Shown: positions 9,699 to 19,349, counted from the first letter of the stretch. The stretch: 64,000 bases of DNA from an uncultured virus (IMG/VR IMGVR_UViG_2882234885_000004) (IMGVR_UViG_2882234885_000004), one strand, 5' to 3'. Made by a program: numbers and translations. Notes: a model not told the origin generated them from the letters alone.

Positions 9699-10399
9699 CC
9701 AGTCAGAAGAAAATCAAAAACCTTGTCAGTGCCTATTCGGCCATCCGCATCGACTACGGCGATTCCATGGATGAAATCCTGCTTGACCTGAAAGAGCATG
9801 GTTTCTCGTCTGAGGCACTGCTGCGGCTTGGGGTCATTGATATTCCTGGGAAAGCGGCAGACCTCACCTTTGCAGGTGATGAAGAATTCGGAAAAGAGTC
9901 AGTGCATTGGCTCTTCAGTGAATATACCTCACTGTGTCAGGATGCCGGGGACGAGCCAGAGGATGTCACAGACAGCCTGGAACGTATGGGATTCACCTGT
10001 GAAGAAATGGCTGAGTATGGTTTCGAAGGGGTCGAGGCAGAGGATGATTTCCCGTATGAGGGGGATGAGGCTCCGGCGGTCGTCAATGTCGATATGGCCG
10101 CGAGCTTCACACAACCTCCAGTCAAGAGGGACAGCCACCTGCTTCGCTTTGAGGACTATACCCTGGAGGAGTGTCCGAACTGCGAAAGCGAGGTCGTTAT
10201 ACGAGCGAAGGGTATCTCCAGATGCCCACGCTGTGGGAAGCCGATTCTTCCCTGCACGACCTGCAGTAGCTGTACGACGCCCTGCCCTTATGGGTATACC
10301 GGCCGGTTCAATGAGCATCTGAAGCCCACGAATCCGCCTATCACACAGAGGGAAGTGGATTTCTACATGACAGAGTTGAATAAGCGGAAGGAGCGGTAA
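9695..10399 (+). CDS. hypothetical acidic protein with Cys-rich Zn-ribbon C-terminus
   Basis: CPNC..CPRC..PCTTC..C..PCP; ATGA overlap. Confidence 0.75.
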   Translation: MTSQKKIKNLVSAYSAIRIDYGDSMDEILLDLKEHGFSSEALLRLGVIDIPGKAADLTFAGDEEFGKESVHWLFSEYTSLCQDAGDEPEDVTDSLERMGFTCEEMAEYGFEGVEAEDDFPYEGDEAPAVVNVDMAASFTQPPVKRDSHLLRFEDYTLEECPNCESEVVIRAKGISRCPRCGKPILPCTTCSSCTTPCPYGYTGRFNEHLKPTNPPITQREVDFYMTELNKRKER

Positions 10400-10401
10400 A
10401 T

Positions 10402-10653
10402 TTGAAATTTTTGGTGCAATGCAAGAGCCCCGACAATTCTATTGATTGCGGGATGTTTACGGGACAGCAAATCATCGAAATGATGGGTAATCGCAACATT
10501 ACCGGCTGCGAGTACAAAGTCTACGATGTAAGCCGGTTTGGGGAGGCAGAGATACTGACATATGTCAAGCCGGTAGACGCTCCGTCCAATTTTCATGATT
10601 TTCATAACAAGCGGGGTGACAGCTTGATTTCCGGGTACTTCCCGGAGGAGTAA
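10402..10653 (+). CDS. hypothetical protein
   Basis: TTG start after AAGGAG. Confidence 0.6.
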   Translation: MKFLVQCKSPDNSIDCGMFTGQQIIEMMGNRNITGCEYKVYDVSRFGEAEILTYVKPVDAPSNFHDFHNKRGDSLISGYFPEE

Positions 10654-10667
10654 GGAGGAACTGAATT

Positions 10668-10862
10668 ATGAATAGAGAAGAGTTTTTGGAATTTGTCAGT
10701 AAGAACTTCAACATCGGCGGCGACGCCATGCGTCTCATTGACAACATCCTCCAGTATGCGGAGCGGATTGTTGACCTGGATGAACGCCGGGAGTTCTTAA
10801 ACGACACACTCATGGGCACGATTGGCCTCACTGAAGAGGAAGTCGCAAAAATTTCATTGTGA
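10668..10862 (+). CDS. hypothetical protein
   Basis: AAGGAGG RBS. Confidence 0.65.
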   Translation: MNREEFLEFVSKNFNIGGDAMRLIDNILQYAERIVDLDERREFLNDTLMGTIGLTEEEVAKISL

Positions 10863-11065
10863 TGGAGGGACTGACTATGACCGTTCATGAATTGACGAGG
10901 GAACAACTCATTGAACTGAAGCAGCATATGCTCTGCGAGCAGGGTTCACCGTCTTACGGCGAGCTGGCTGATGCGGATGAGCTGGTTTCGGATGAGACCG
11001 CATTTGCGGAGTATGATGCCACCGAATTTTCAGAAGATGACTTCTTCTGTACGGCCGGGCAATGA
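10859..11065 (+). CDS. hypothetical acidic protein
   Basis: Packed ORF; true start may be 10877. Confidence 0.65.
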   Translation: MMEGLTMTVHELTREQLIELKQHMLCEQGSPSYGELADADELVSDETAFAEYDATEFSEDDFFCTAGQ

Positions 11066-11082
11066 GGAGAAAGGAGTTTTTT

Positions 11083-11592
11083 ATGGGCAGAAAACACCAT
11101 GTACAGGATACCACGACGCAGTATGGGTTCACGCTGGAATATGTAGAGCGCCAGGAGACAAACTTGGATGGCCTGCGGGACTGGTATAAGTGGAATAGCG
11201 ACGATGGCCGCTTTACCGTCTGCTGCAACGATGCCTGTGATGGCAGCGGCCGCCACGCCATTCACATCTTCCAAACTGGGGACTTCAAGTACCGGCCGGA
11301 GGTGTATGTCAGAATGGACGACAACACCGGGAAAATCGGAAATATCGTTGTCCGGCGTGGCTCAGATGACGGCGGCTTGACCAGTCTGGAGCAGATTGAT
11401 GCGTACATCGGCGAATTGGCCGTGACGCGCAAGGCGGTACAGGCGATTCAGGTGCTGTTCATTGACGGCTGGAAGAAGGTAAAGTCCAAGGTAGACCTTG
11501 ACTTTGCCCTTGTCAGGCAATTTGGTGAGAACAGGCTTCCCGCGACGAGCGAGGAGTTCTGGGCTAAAGTCATGAAGGAGGGAGATATATGA
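11083..11592 (+). CDS. hypothetical protein
   Basis: AAGGAG RBS. Confidence 0.7.
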   Translation: MGRKHHVQDTTTQYGFTLEYVERQETNLDGLRDWYKWNSDDGRFTVCCNDACDGSGRHAIHIFQTGDFKYRPEVYVRMDDNTGKIGNIVVRRGSDDGGLTSLEQIDAYIGELAVTRKAVQAIQVLFIDGWKKVKSKVDLDFALVRQFGENRLPATSEEFWAKVMKEGDI

Positions 11593-11960
11593 ATATTCGA
11601 GATGTTGCCATTTCCGGCGCGAAGAAAATCTGCGGGTCGGGCCAATGTATCTGTGGCTTCGACTGCGGCCATTCGAATAAAGCCCCGGCGGCCCTGCCCA
11701 AGGTCGGAACGGAGACAGTTTGCCCTCTGGCAAGATATGAGGTTGAGCCTCAGCCAGTTTCGGACCCATTTGGGCCTCCGGTGACGCAGGATGAAATCTA
11801 TGCGCTTTGCCGTATGTGCCCACATGCAAAGGTCGAGTCCGAGGAGGACGGGCCGGAGCGGCTGACTCGTGTTGACTTCTACGAGGCTTGCCTGGATTGC
11901 CCGGTGAAAGCCTGTGAAGACGCCATGCAGGAGGCCGAGGCAGAGGGGAGGTTCGGATAA
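11589..11960 (+). CDS. hypothetical Cys-rich protein
   Basis: ATGA overlap, GGAGG RBS. Confidence 0.65.
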   Translation: MNIRDVAISGAKKICGSGQCICGFDCGHSNKAPAALPKVGTETVCPLARYEVEPQPVSDPFGPPVTQDEIYALCRMCPHAKVESEEDGPERLTRVDFYEACLDCPVKACEDAMQEAEAEGRFG

Positions 11961-12298
11961 TGCGGTACATTGGAAGCATTCAAAAGCAGAATGGGATGCT
12001 CGTCATCTCCGGTGTGATTGGCGTCCGGCGCCATCTGTGGTATAGTAAGCGCGAAGCTATCGTGCGCTATAACCAGGAGTGCCGTAAAAAGTTACAGCCG
12101 GAGCATCCGTCGATTAACGGAGTGCCTCGATTTGAGGAAGGAGATGCCGTCAAGGTCATCTCCAAGAAGTCCAAGTTCAACGGAGATACCGGCGTTGTCA
12201 CCGGCTACTGCAACGGGCAGTATCGGACGATTTGCCGGGTCCTTTTGAACAATGGGCATCTCATCAATATCTTCGACCACAACGTCGTACCGGCGTAA
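11960..12298 (+). CDS. hypothetical protein with SH3/KOW-like C-terminus
   Basis: FEEGDAVKVISKKSKFNGDTGVV. Confidence 0.6.
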   Translation: MRYIGSIQKQNGMLVISGVIGVRRHLWYSKREAIVRYNQECRKKLQPEHPSINGVPRFEEGDAVKVISKKSKFNGDTGVVTGYCNGQYRTICRVLLNNGHLINIFDHNVVPA

Positions 12299-12350
12299 GC
12301 ACTTGGGGAGGCTCTAATCAGAGCCTCCCCTCCATGTATATGGAGAAACT

Positions 12351-12734
12351 ATGAGTAAGAAAAAAGAGATTTTGGAATACATCAAATCCTATATCAATGA
12401 GAAGGGATATTCCCCAACAATTCGTGAGATTGGAAAGGCAGTTGGTCTCCAGTCTACATCGGCAGTATCCTTTCATCTGGTGAAGCTGCGCAAGGAAGGA
12501 AAAATCGACTATGAGGAGGGTGTTCCTCGGACAATCACGATTTGTTTGGGGGATAAAGGCCGCACGACCAAGTTCGACCGCCTGGTCACGCAGCTTCAGG
12601 CGAAGGATGGCCCGCTTCATAGCAGGCTGAAGATGGCCGCTTTCTTGGCGCAAGTCCAACTATCGGACACCAGAGACGCCATGGGGTGGCTGGAGTATCT
12701 GGCGAAGCCTGCGGAGAAAGGAGCGCAGCGATGA
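12351..12734 (+). CDS. LexA-type DNA-binding-domain protein lacking the peptidase domain
   Basis: ILEYIKSYINEKGYSPTIREIGKAVGLQSTSAVSFHLVKL..EGKI...PRTI. Confidence 0.85.
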   Translation: MSKKKEILEYIKSYINEKGYSPTIREIGKAVGLQSTSAVSFHLVKLRKEGKIDYEEGVPRTITICLGDKGRTTKFDRLVTQLQAKDGPLHSRLKMAAFLAQVQLSDTRDAMGWLEYLAKPAEKGAQR

Positions 12735-14707
12735 CGACATTCGAAATGCTGGAGCGGTGGGCGCAGTACACCAAGTTTGACCCGGGGCAGACCCGGTTCA
12801 ATTTGCTCACATCGGAGTACACACTCAACCGCAGTAATAAGCGGATTCAGGAGCTCTTGAACAACTATGACCCATCCGGCACCCTGGCAGTCGTGTATGC
12901 GAAAAACATCTGCCGGGAGCTACTCCAGGAGAAAAAGCTGACACTGTTCGAAGCCCTGACGGAGATGGATAAGTACCAGGAGACAAAGGAAATCTGGGAT
13001 ATGTTCAGCAGTCAGGAAGTAAGGGACATCGAGGATGTCTACCTCAACGCGGTGGACGAACTGGTCCAACAGGTCACTGGGAACAAAATGCTCGGTCAGA
13101 GGGATATGGACACGGAGCGGGATACGTTCTTCGCGTCTGTGGATGCCGTGGTAGAAGAACTCCACATTGGAATCGGCGGCTGCAACGAGGAACTGTACCG
13201 GCGTGGGGGAGAGTTCAAGCCTGTTGGAAAATTCTCGACCCACATCCATGTGTTCCAGCGGCTGGCCGACTGCCTGATTTCTTTGGAGTCCGCTGCGGAT
13301 GGCATCTATCTCTGCTACATCGCGGAGCATGGTTCTGCCGCCGGGTATTTCGGCTTCTATCTGAAATCGAACGGGAACCTGCTGTCCGTCAATGAACGGG
13401 TCAATGAAGCGTTCGCCGGAGAGCATAAACGAAGCCGGAACGCCAGATGGACGGATGAGAAAAAGTACCGTCTGTTCCCGTACAGCTTCATCATGCAGTT
13501 CAGTGAGCACGACTACAAGGGGTATGCGACCAAACATATCATCGACGAAGACAAGCTCAGCTTTATGGAACTGGGTTCGGACGCATACATGCCCCTGATT
13601 TTGGCCATGGTTATGCTGAACCAGAAGTATGTGGGACGGGGATTGGATGACCTCCCCCTGATATATGTGGACTCGCTTATGCCGGTCAACCTGAAGCATA
13701 TTGAATCCGGCAGCCAAGCCCTGATGATACCTTCTGACAGCGCCATCGCTCTTTCTCACCGGGAGTTCCAGTTGGATTTCACACCGGAGAAAGTGCTGGA
13801 TGGCTTGCTGGCAGACAGATACAACATCGACAGTCCTGGCGCGGCAGGGAAACCTCCCCGACATACCGGGCATTTCAGCAACCGAAACCAGATGATGGTC
13901 GATATGTATGGGCAGGGGTTCCAGTTCGATGTGAACACCCTGCTCAGGGCAAACCAGCACCTGGAGTTGCCAGGGCGTAAGGAAGACGACCTGCCAAACA
14001 GTGAGTTCGTCGGAGACCAGGCCCGTATGGAACTTCAGGCGTACTACGCGGTCCGAAAAGAACTGGCAGAGTACATGCGGGATAGAATCCACGAGGAGTA
14101 TGTTGCTTACGGTGGGGTAGAGGCTATCAAAAAGTGGTGGCGTGCAGTTCTGAAGAAGAATGCCGAGACCATTGACAAGCTGGCCATTCAGAAGTTTGTC
14201 GGCCTGCCAAAAGACCCGGATGGCCCCGTGTACCAGGAGAACACCTCTGATAACCCGCTGTTGCGGCGCATTACCTATTGCACGGGAAATTTCCCGTCCG
14301 GTAACGATATCGGCTATGACCAGGTTCTGAATTACGGGGAAGGCAAATGGTATTCTAAGACCTACTATTGTCCCATCACGAATGCCAAGGCCAGCCATTT
14401 CTTTGTATTCAAATTGGCTGACTGGACGGAGATGGAGGCTCTGATTGGAGAAGAGGTCCCCCGTATCCTGAAAGGCTGGCGGCTCGCCGGTCATGACTAT
14501 ACGGGCAACCAACTCCTGTATCCCTGTGACGAGGTGGATGCCGTCGGGACGCCGTTTGAGAAATACCAGTCTCAAAACTGGCGGTATTACGACAAGGATG
14601 CGCGTATCGACCGATACTCATATGGCCCCGCCTACTTTAACTTTGCCTTCGCGGTGGGGTACAGTAAGAGCGGCCTGAACAAACTGCAGAAACAGTACTT
14701 AGCCTAA
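12731..14707 (+). CDS. large hypothetical protein (658 aa)
   Basis: Long ORF, AAGGAG RBS, ATGA overlap. Confidence 0.8.
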   Translation: MTTFEMLERWAQYTKFDPGQTRFNLLTSEYTLNRSNKRIQELLNNYDPSGTLAVVYAKNICRELLQEKKLTLFEALTEMDKYQETKEIWDMFSSQEVRDIEDVYLNAVDELVQQVTGNKMLGQRDMDTERDTFFASVDAVVEELHIGIGGCNEELYRRGGEFKPVGKFSTHIHVFQRLADCLISLESAADGIYLCYIAEHGSAAGYFGFYLKSNGNLLSVNERVNEAFAGEHKRSRNARWTDEKKYRLFPYSFIMQFSEHDYKGYATKHIIDEDKLSFMELGSDAYMPLILAMVMLNQKYVGRGLDDLPLIYVDSLMPVNLKHIESGSQALMIPSDSAIALSHREFQLDFTPEKVLDGLLADRYNIDSPGAAGKPPRHTGHFSNRNQMMVDMYGQGFQFDVNTLLRANQHLELPGRKEDDLPNSEFVGDQARMELQAYYAVRKELAEYMRDRIHEEYVAYGGVEAIKKWWRAVLKKNAETIDKLAIQKFVGLPKDPDGPVYQENTSDNPLLRRITYCTGNFPSGNDIGYDQVLNYGEGKWYSKTYYCPITNAKASHFFVFKLADWTEMEALIGEEVPRILKGWRLAGHDYTGNQLLYPCDEVDAVGTPFEKYQSQNWRYYDKDARIDRYSYGPAYFNFAFAVGYSKSGLNKLQKQYLA

Positions 14708-14713
14708 CATCGC

Positions 14714-14745
14714 AAAGCGGCCCCTCCATCGAGGGGCCGCTTTTT
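14714..14745 (+). terminator. intrinsic terminator
   Basis: AAAGCGGCCCCTC/GAGGGGCCGCTTTTT. Confidence 0.8.
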
Positions 14746-14790
14746 CGTATATTGAAACGTGTGCAGTTTGTATATCCCATCGGATATATA

Positions 14791-14819
14791 TTGACTATAA
14801 TATTGTTATATGGTATAAT
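14791..14819 (+). promoter_or_regulatory. sigma-A-type promoter of the sigma-factor gene (no leader hairpin)
   Basis: TTGACT-17-TATAAT with extended TG. Confidence 0.75.
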
Positions 14820-14848
14820 ATTGCTACTCTATGGGGGAGGGGATTACC

Positions 14849-16225
14849 GTGGGGCGCAAGGGAAAACCCAAGGTCGAATTGACCGATGAAACTATCCGTA
14901 AATTGCCTGCGGCCGCAGTGATTGAGAAACACCGCAGCCTGCGGGTCCTCCTGAAAAAAGGGCTGAATGAGGGGAAAATCCAGTCCGACGCCTTGCTGAA
15001 GATACTCAATACTATCAATCTCGATGAAGAGAGCGAGGCCGAGGTCTACGGTGCCATAGACACCTTGGGTATCCCTATCAGCACATCTGAGGAAGAAAAC
15101 CCCTCCGAGGATGGGCAAGGGCCGCCGGAGGCAGAGCTCGCGGACGACCTGATACCAAAAGCAGATGACTTCCCTTTGGATGACTCGGCCGCCTACTTCT
15201 TCCATGAAATGGCTGAAATCCCCCGGATGACACGGGAGGAGACCCTGGAGATGGCCAAAAGGGTAGAGGCCGGGAAAGCGGCGGAAGCAGAGCTTCAGGA
15301 GAAGGGGGATTCACTGACCGGCGATGAACGCTCCAGCCTGGATAAAATCATAAAAAAGGCGAAAGCGGCCAAGGACCGAATGATAGAGTCAAATATACGC
15401 CTGGTCGTCTCAATCGCCAGAAAGTACGCTCCCAGCACCGCCTCTATGACTATTCTGGACCTCGAACAGGAAGGCGTTTTCGGCCTGATGAAGGCTGTCG
15501 ACCGCTTCGACTATAAGAAGGGCTTCCAATTCTCCACCTACGCTACCTGGTGGGTGCGGCAGGCCATTACAAGGGCTATGGCCGACCAGGATAAATGTGT
15601 CCGTATTCCAGTCCACATGGTGGATACCATCACAAAGGTCCAAAAGATAACCAAATCCCACGAAAAGTCCCTGCAAGACATTGACGAAGAGGCACTTGCC
15701 ATCCATATCGCGGGCGGGGAGGACAGATGGTCTGAACTAGGGCCGCGACAGAAGAAAAAATACCGTGACAAAATCCATGAGGCCATTCGGTTAAGTAAAA
15801 ACAGTGAGCCGGTGTCCCTGGACCAGCCAGTAGGGGACGAAGAGACTGCCGATACTGTGGTAGGGGATTTCATCCGGGATACCAATACCAACATCTCACC
15901 GGAGGTCGTGACTGACCGTCTCCTCCTATATGAACGCCTCGACGCCCTCCTGATGACCTTACCGGCCCGGGAGTCAAAGGTGATTCGCCTCCGCTTTGGC
16001 ATGGAGGATGGAAAGCCACGCACGCTGGAGGAAATAGGCCGGGAATTCCGTTTGACACGTGAGCGCATTCGCCAAATCGAGGCGAAGGCTATGAAAAGGC
16101 TGAAATCTCCCTATATCTCAAAGCACCTTGGCAGTGACGCGGAGGATATTCTGGGTACGTACGAGGAGCCTCCTGACCACTTTGAAGAATTGGATTGGAG
16201 TGACCTCGATGATAGTCAGTTTTGA
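14849..16225 (+). CDS. rpoD: RpoD/SigA-like sigma-70 factor
   Basis: NIRLVVSIARKY, DLEQEGVFGLMKAVDRFD, FSTYATWWVRQAITRA, TLEEIGREF.LTRERIRQIEAKA; GTG 14849 after GGAGG (track start 14831). Confidence 0.92.
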   Translation: MGRKGKPKVELTDETIRKLPAAAVIEKHRSLRVLLKKGLNEGKIQSDALLKILNTINLDEESEAEVYGAIDTLGIPISTSEEENPSEDGQGPPEAELADDLIPKADDFPLDDSAAYFFHEMAEIPRMTREETLEMAKRVEAGKAAEAELQEKGDSLTGDERSSLDKIIKKAKAAKDRMIESNIRLVVSIARKYAPSTASMTILDLEQEGVFGLMKAVDRFDYKKGFQFSTYATWWVRQAITRAMADQDKCVRIPVHMVDTITKVQKITKSHEKSLQDIDEEALAIHIAGGEDRWSELGPRQKKKYRDKIHEAIRLSKNSEPVSLDQPVGDEETADTVVGDFIRDTNTNISPEVVTDRLLLYERLDALLMTLPARESKVIRLRFGMEDGKPRTLEEIGREFRLTRERIRQIEAKAMKRLKSPYISKHLGSDAEDILGTYEEPPDHFEELDWSDLDDSQF

Positions 16226-16550
16226 TGTTGTTTTCTCCGCTGTCATTTCCATCTTAATCGTGACTTGTTTTACCACCGCGATTTCTTTTCTGTGGGAGAT
16301 GAAAAAGGTTCCCAAGGATACTGATATCGGTAACACAATACATGCTTGGTCGGGCCTTGTGACAGGGTTCTGCGTGTGTGTCCTGTTGACTATCGTATTT
16401 TCGGTATTTGCGTATATCTTCGCTCCGTATGACCTTCTGCTCAATAACCTTCTAATTCTACTGATATTCTTTGTTCTCTACAAACTTCTATACCGCAGCA
16501 TCCGCCGTTGGACATGTAATGCCATTGACGGCGATGAATACAACGATTAG
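16209..16550 (+). CDS. hypothetical membrane protein (about 3 TM)
   Basis: Hydrophobic segments; GGAG RBS. Confidence 0.6.
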   Translation: MIVSFDVVFSAVISILIVTCFTTAISFLWEMKKVPKDTDIGNTIHAWSGLVTGFCVCVLLTIVFSVFAYIFAPYDLLLNNLLILLIFFVLYKLLYRSIRRWTCNAIDGDEYND

Positions 16551-16594
16551 ACCAACATCAGCCGTCCACAGTGTACTGCGCGGCAGCTCCTTAT

Positions 16595-16670
16595 CCGGGT
16601 GTAGCGCAGTTGGTAGCGCACATGGTTTGGGACCATGGGGCCGGGAGTTCGAACCTCCCCACTCGGACCA
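16595..16670 (+). tRNA. tRNA-Pro (TGG) with encoded CCA
   Basis: Acceptor CCGGGTG/CACTCGG, D-arm GCGC/GCGC, anticodon arm CATGG-TTTGGGA-CCATG, T-arm GGGAG-TTCGAAC-CTCCC. Confidence 0.95.
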
Positions 16671-16692
16671 GTTATAGAAAGTTGGGATACAT

Positions 16693-17145
16693 ATGGACTT
16701 GTTGCGCATGGCCATCGCGGCAGTTGTAGCGATTGTGGTAGGAATTCCATTTGTCTTGGCTACTCGGCATATGAGACCCGCCGGGGAAAAGGAATGGCAA
16801 GACGCCGCCCGGGCCGGGCGTGTCACAACCGGCACACTCACAGACAAAGTGTTCCTGCCCCCGGATATGTCATCGCAGTACTCAAAAATGCGTGAAGTAC
16901 GATGGAAAGCCAGGTACGACTATACTGTGGATGGGGTGCAATATGCCTACTTCTGCGTCCTGAAAGCACCTGTACCGGAGCAAGTGGACTTGTATTACTC
17001 AGAAGGCCGACCAGACCGTGCAGCATTGCGGAGCGCGATGGTGCGTAAGCGAGGCCCGGCCTATACGTTTTGGTTTTTTGTCCCTGTCGCTATCTGGATG
17101 GTCGTCTATTGGATGCTCCCGATTTTTGGTATCTCAAAAGCATGA
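16693..17145 (+). CDS. hypothetical membrane protein (2 TM, DUF3592-like layout)
   Basis: Terminal TM helices flanking YDYTVDGVQY beta region. Confidence 0.6.
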   Translation: MDLLRMAIAAVVAIVVGIPFVLATRHMRPAGEKEWQDAARAGRVTTGTLTDKVFLPPDMSSQYSKMREVRWKARYDYTVDGVQYAYFCVLKAPVPEQVDLYYSEGRPDRAALRSAMVRKRGPAYTFWFFVPVAIWMVVYWMLPIFGISKA

Positions 17146-17165
17146 GCACCAGAAGTGTCCTTAAT

Positions 17166-17326
17166 TTGACGTTCAACCCTTCGAAATGGTACAATAAATG
17201 CGTCAAGTAAGGAAGTATCTATCTGAAACAGCATCATTCTAAAGGTTCAGACAGCACACCGATAACAGGTGTGCTGTCTTTTTTATATACACAAACACCA
17301 TCATTGATAAAAGGAGGCAAATCAAA
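17166..17326 (+). promoter_or_regulatory. conserved operon leader L3
   Basis: TTGACG 17166, TGgTACAAT ending 17195, AAGGAAGTATC 17209, perfect 12-bp hairpin 17249-17279 plus T-run, ATATACACAAAC, AAGGAGG. Confidence 0.9.
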
Positions 17327-17932
17327 ATGTATAAAGCGAAGGAAATTGAGGGAGTTGTTTACCGAGTAAAGCATTTGACAGGCGGATGGTTGGTCGAAGT
17401 GCCGGAAACGGAGGACCCCATTGAGGCCCTGGCCACGTTTGCGGCCGAAAAGTCAGTCAAAGGCTACATCATCACGTCTGTAACACGCATTTTTGACTGT
17501 TCGAAAGACACTCCACGCATGGCTGTTATCTCCACCAAAGAGTTCAAATCCGAAGTCAAGCGTCTGATGGATGAGAAAGCGTATTATGAGCAGGCAGAGA
17601 CTTACCCTGAGACCATTGAGGAACTGACTGCCCGTGCGGAGGCCGCCGGATGGAGTGTTGACCGAGACGAAGACGGTGAGCAAATTCGCCTGTCGTTTGG
17701 GCAGTCCACTCCGGCAGGCGAGGACTTCTGGTTTGACGCTTGCGGAGAGGACGTAGAAGAAGTTGTGGACAGTGTGAAGCGGTACGCTTTGGATTTCGAC
17801 TGTGATGAACACGTCAGAGAGGTCATGAACGGCCAGGGTGCGCCTGATTTGACGACGCTGGTCGAGGATGCCAAGGCTATTCAGGAGATGCTGGATGAGC
17901 TGGCAGGCAGCCTGATGCGCAAACTGATTTGA
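17327..17932 (+). CDS. hypothetical protein
   Basis: First gene after L3. Confidence 0.75.
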   Translation: MYKAKEIEGVVYRVKHLTGGWLVEVPETEDPIEALATFAAEKSVKGYIITSVTRIFDCSKDTPRMAVISTKEFKSEVKRLMDEKAYYEQAETYPETIEELTARAEAAGWSVDRDEDGEQIRLSFGQSTPAGEDFWFDACGEDVEEVVDSVKRYALDFDCDEHVREVMNGQGAPDLTTLVEDAKAIQEMLDELAGSLMRKLI

Positions 17933-17945
17933 CGGGGGAAGAATC

Positions 17946-18266
17946 ATGGAGAAGAAAAAGTTTGAGGTCTACACCCTCGATATGTTCCCTGATGGGGATG
18001 GCGGCTGGGTCGAGAACGAGCGCCAGAAAATCGGCACTATCGAAATCCAAAGCAGTGAGCAGGCATTCCCGGAGGCTATCCTGAATGCCCTGCGCAATCT
18101 CACCTGCAGTGATATCGCGGGTAGAGAGCACCACGTGCTGAACACTACGGACCGGCGGCGCATCTACATCGAGGACTTCTATGGAACCGGCGAGTGGTGG
18201 GAGGTCGGCACGAAGAAGGGCAATAAGCCCTTCCTTGGGCTGCAACTGGTGAAGGAGGCAGAGTGA
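17946..18266 (+). CDS. hypothetical protein
   Basis: Packed ORF with RBS. Confidence 0.7.
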   Translation: MEKKKFEVYTLDMFPDGDGGWVENERQKIGTIEIQSSEQAFPEAILNALRNLTCSDIAGREHHVLNTTDRRRIYIEDFYGTGEWWEVGTKKGNKPFLGLQLVKEAE

Positions 18267-18267
18267 A

Positions 18268-18519
18268 TTGGCAACCTGCAAAATGAATGTGGTCCACCGC
18301 GACAGCCATAGCGCCCCGGAATGCACAAATTGCGGGCATCGCTTCGATACGGATTATGCCAAGAATCCGTATGCTGAGATGTGCCGTATCGCAAAGGGGA
18401 AATTTGCGTATTGCCCAGTCTGTGGAGCCAAGTATGTTGGCTGTCAGATTGAGGGCGTGGACTTCGATAAGTGTGACCCCTACCAGACCGACTGGATTAT
18501 GCAGGGCCTCAAAGACTGA
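18268..18519 (+). CDS. Zn-ribbon hypothetical protein
   Basis: CTNCG...YCPVCGAK; AAGGAGG RBS. Confidence 0.65.
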   Translation: MATCKMNVVHRDSHSAPECTNCGHRFDTDYAKNPYAEMCRIAKGKFAYCPVCGAKYVGCQIEGVDFDKCDPYQTDWIMQGLKD

Positions 18520-18543
18520 ATTTTCTACAAGGAGGACAATTTT

Positions 18544-18798
18544 ATGGATAAGCAGAAAGAGCTTGATTTTATGCTCCATTTCGCCAGAGAGGCGTTTCTG
18601 GATGAGGAAGTGTGCGCCGACCAGCTCAGAAGCCTGTGGACGGCGTATTGCCTGCATCATGGCCTCGACGCAGACACCAAGGCGTATGACGATGACCTCA
18701 TGGAGGTTTGGAAGGTCGTTGCTGAGGAAGAAGCAGATACGGCAAACTGGAGCTCCTTCGGCAGCTTCGGCACATTTATGTGCGCCGAGCTGGTGTGA
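18544..18798 (+). CDS. hypothetical protein
   Basis: AAGGAGG RBS. Confidence 0.7.
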   Translation: MDKQKELDFMLHFAREAFLDEEVCADQLRSLWTAYCLHHGLDADTKAYDDDLMEVWKVVAEEEADTANWSSFGSFGTFMCAELV

Positions 18799-18815
18799 GA
18801 GAGGAGTGAACTTGT

Positions 18816-19349
18816 ATGGGACGCGGCAACTGCTGCACCTTTGGGAAACACGAAGGTCTGTTCTATGTGGACAACGATTATCTGGATGTCTTCTCCCGAT
18901 ATATTGAGGAAGATGACGCATGGGAGTCGCGCCTGAAAGGCGAACTGGATTTCAATGAACTCACTGACCCTGCGTGGGGATACGATGAGACTGAGAGCCA
19001 GTACAACCTGGATGCCGCCATCTCGAACTTCAAAACCCGTATCATGGCCCGCTTCAAAAGTTTCCGGCCCTGCGATACCTGGGTGAAGTATCGAGAGGCC
19101 CACGCGATTCTGGAGAACTCCCTGTTCTATATCGCTGTCGAGGACAACGAGTGGAGTCGGGCGTTCGAACTCATCCAGAAGGAGGACCCGTACGACGACC
19201 ACTTGTCCGGTCTCCAGGCAAAGCACTGCCGGAGATATCTGGACGGTATCCGGGACGCCCTGTTTGAGGACTTTGAGTCCCTGGGCATTTATGGGTGTGC
19301 GTGGACGCATGGAACCATCCATCGAGAGGATTTTCGTAAGAGTGCTTAG
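18816..19349 (+). CDS. hypothetical protein
   Basis: GAGGAG RBS. Confidence 0.7.
   Translation: MGRGNCCTFGKHEGLFYVDNDYLDVFSRYIEEDDAWESRLKGELDFNELTDPAWGYDETESQYNLDAAISNFKTRIMARFKSFRPCDTWVKYREAHAILENSLFYIAVEDNEWSRAFELIQKEDPYDDHLSGLQAKHCRRYLDGIRDALFEDFESLGIYGCAWTHGTIHREDFRKSA

Noticed and set aside
12920..14575. Long minus-strand ORFs (also 5339-6592, 27842-28783, 39207-40436, 47418-48503)
   Set aside because: Antisense shadows of well-supported + strand genes, with no RBS or recognisable motifs.
16595..16670. tRNA-Pro as an integration (att) site
   Set aside because: No duplicated tRNA 3' end or integrase seen, and gene style is the same on both sides.
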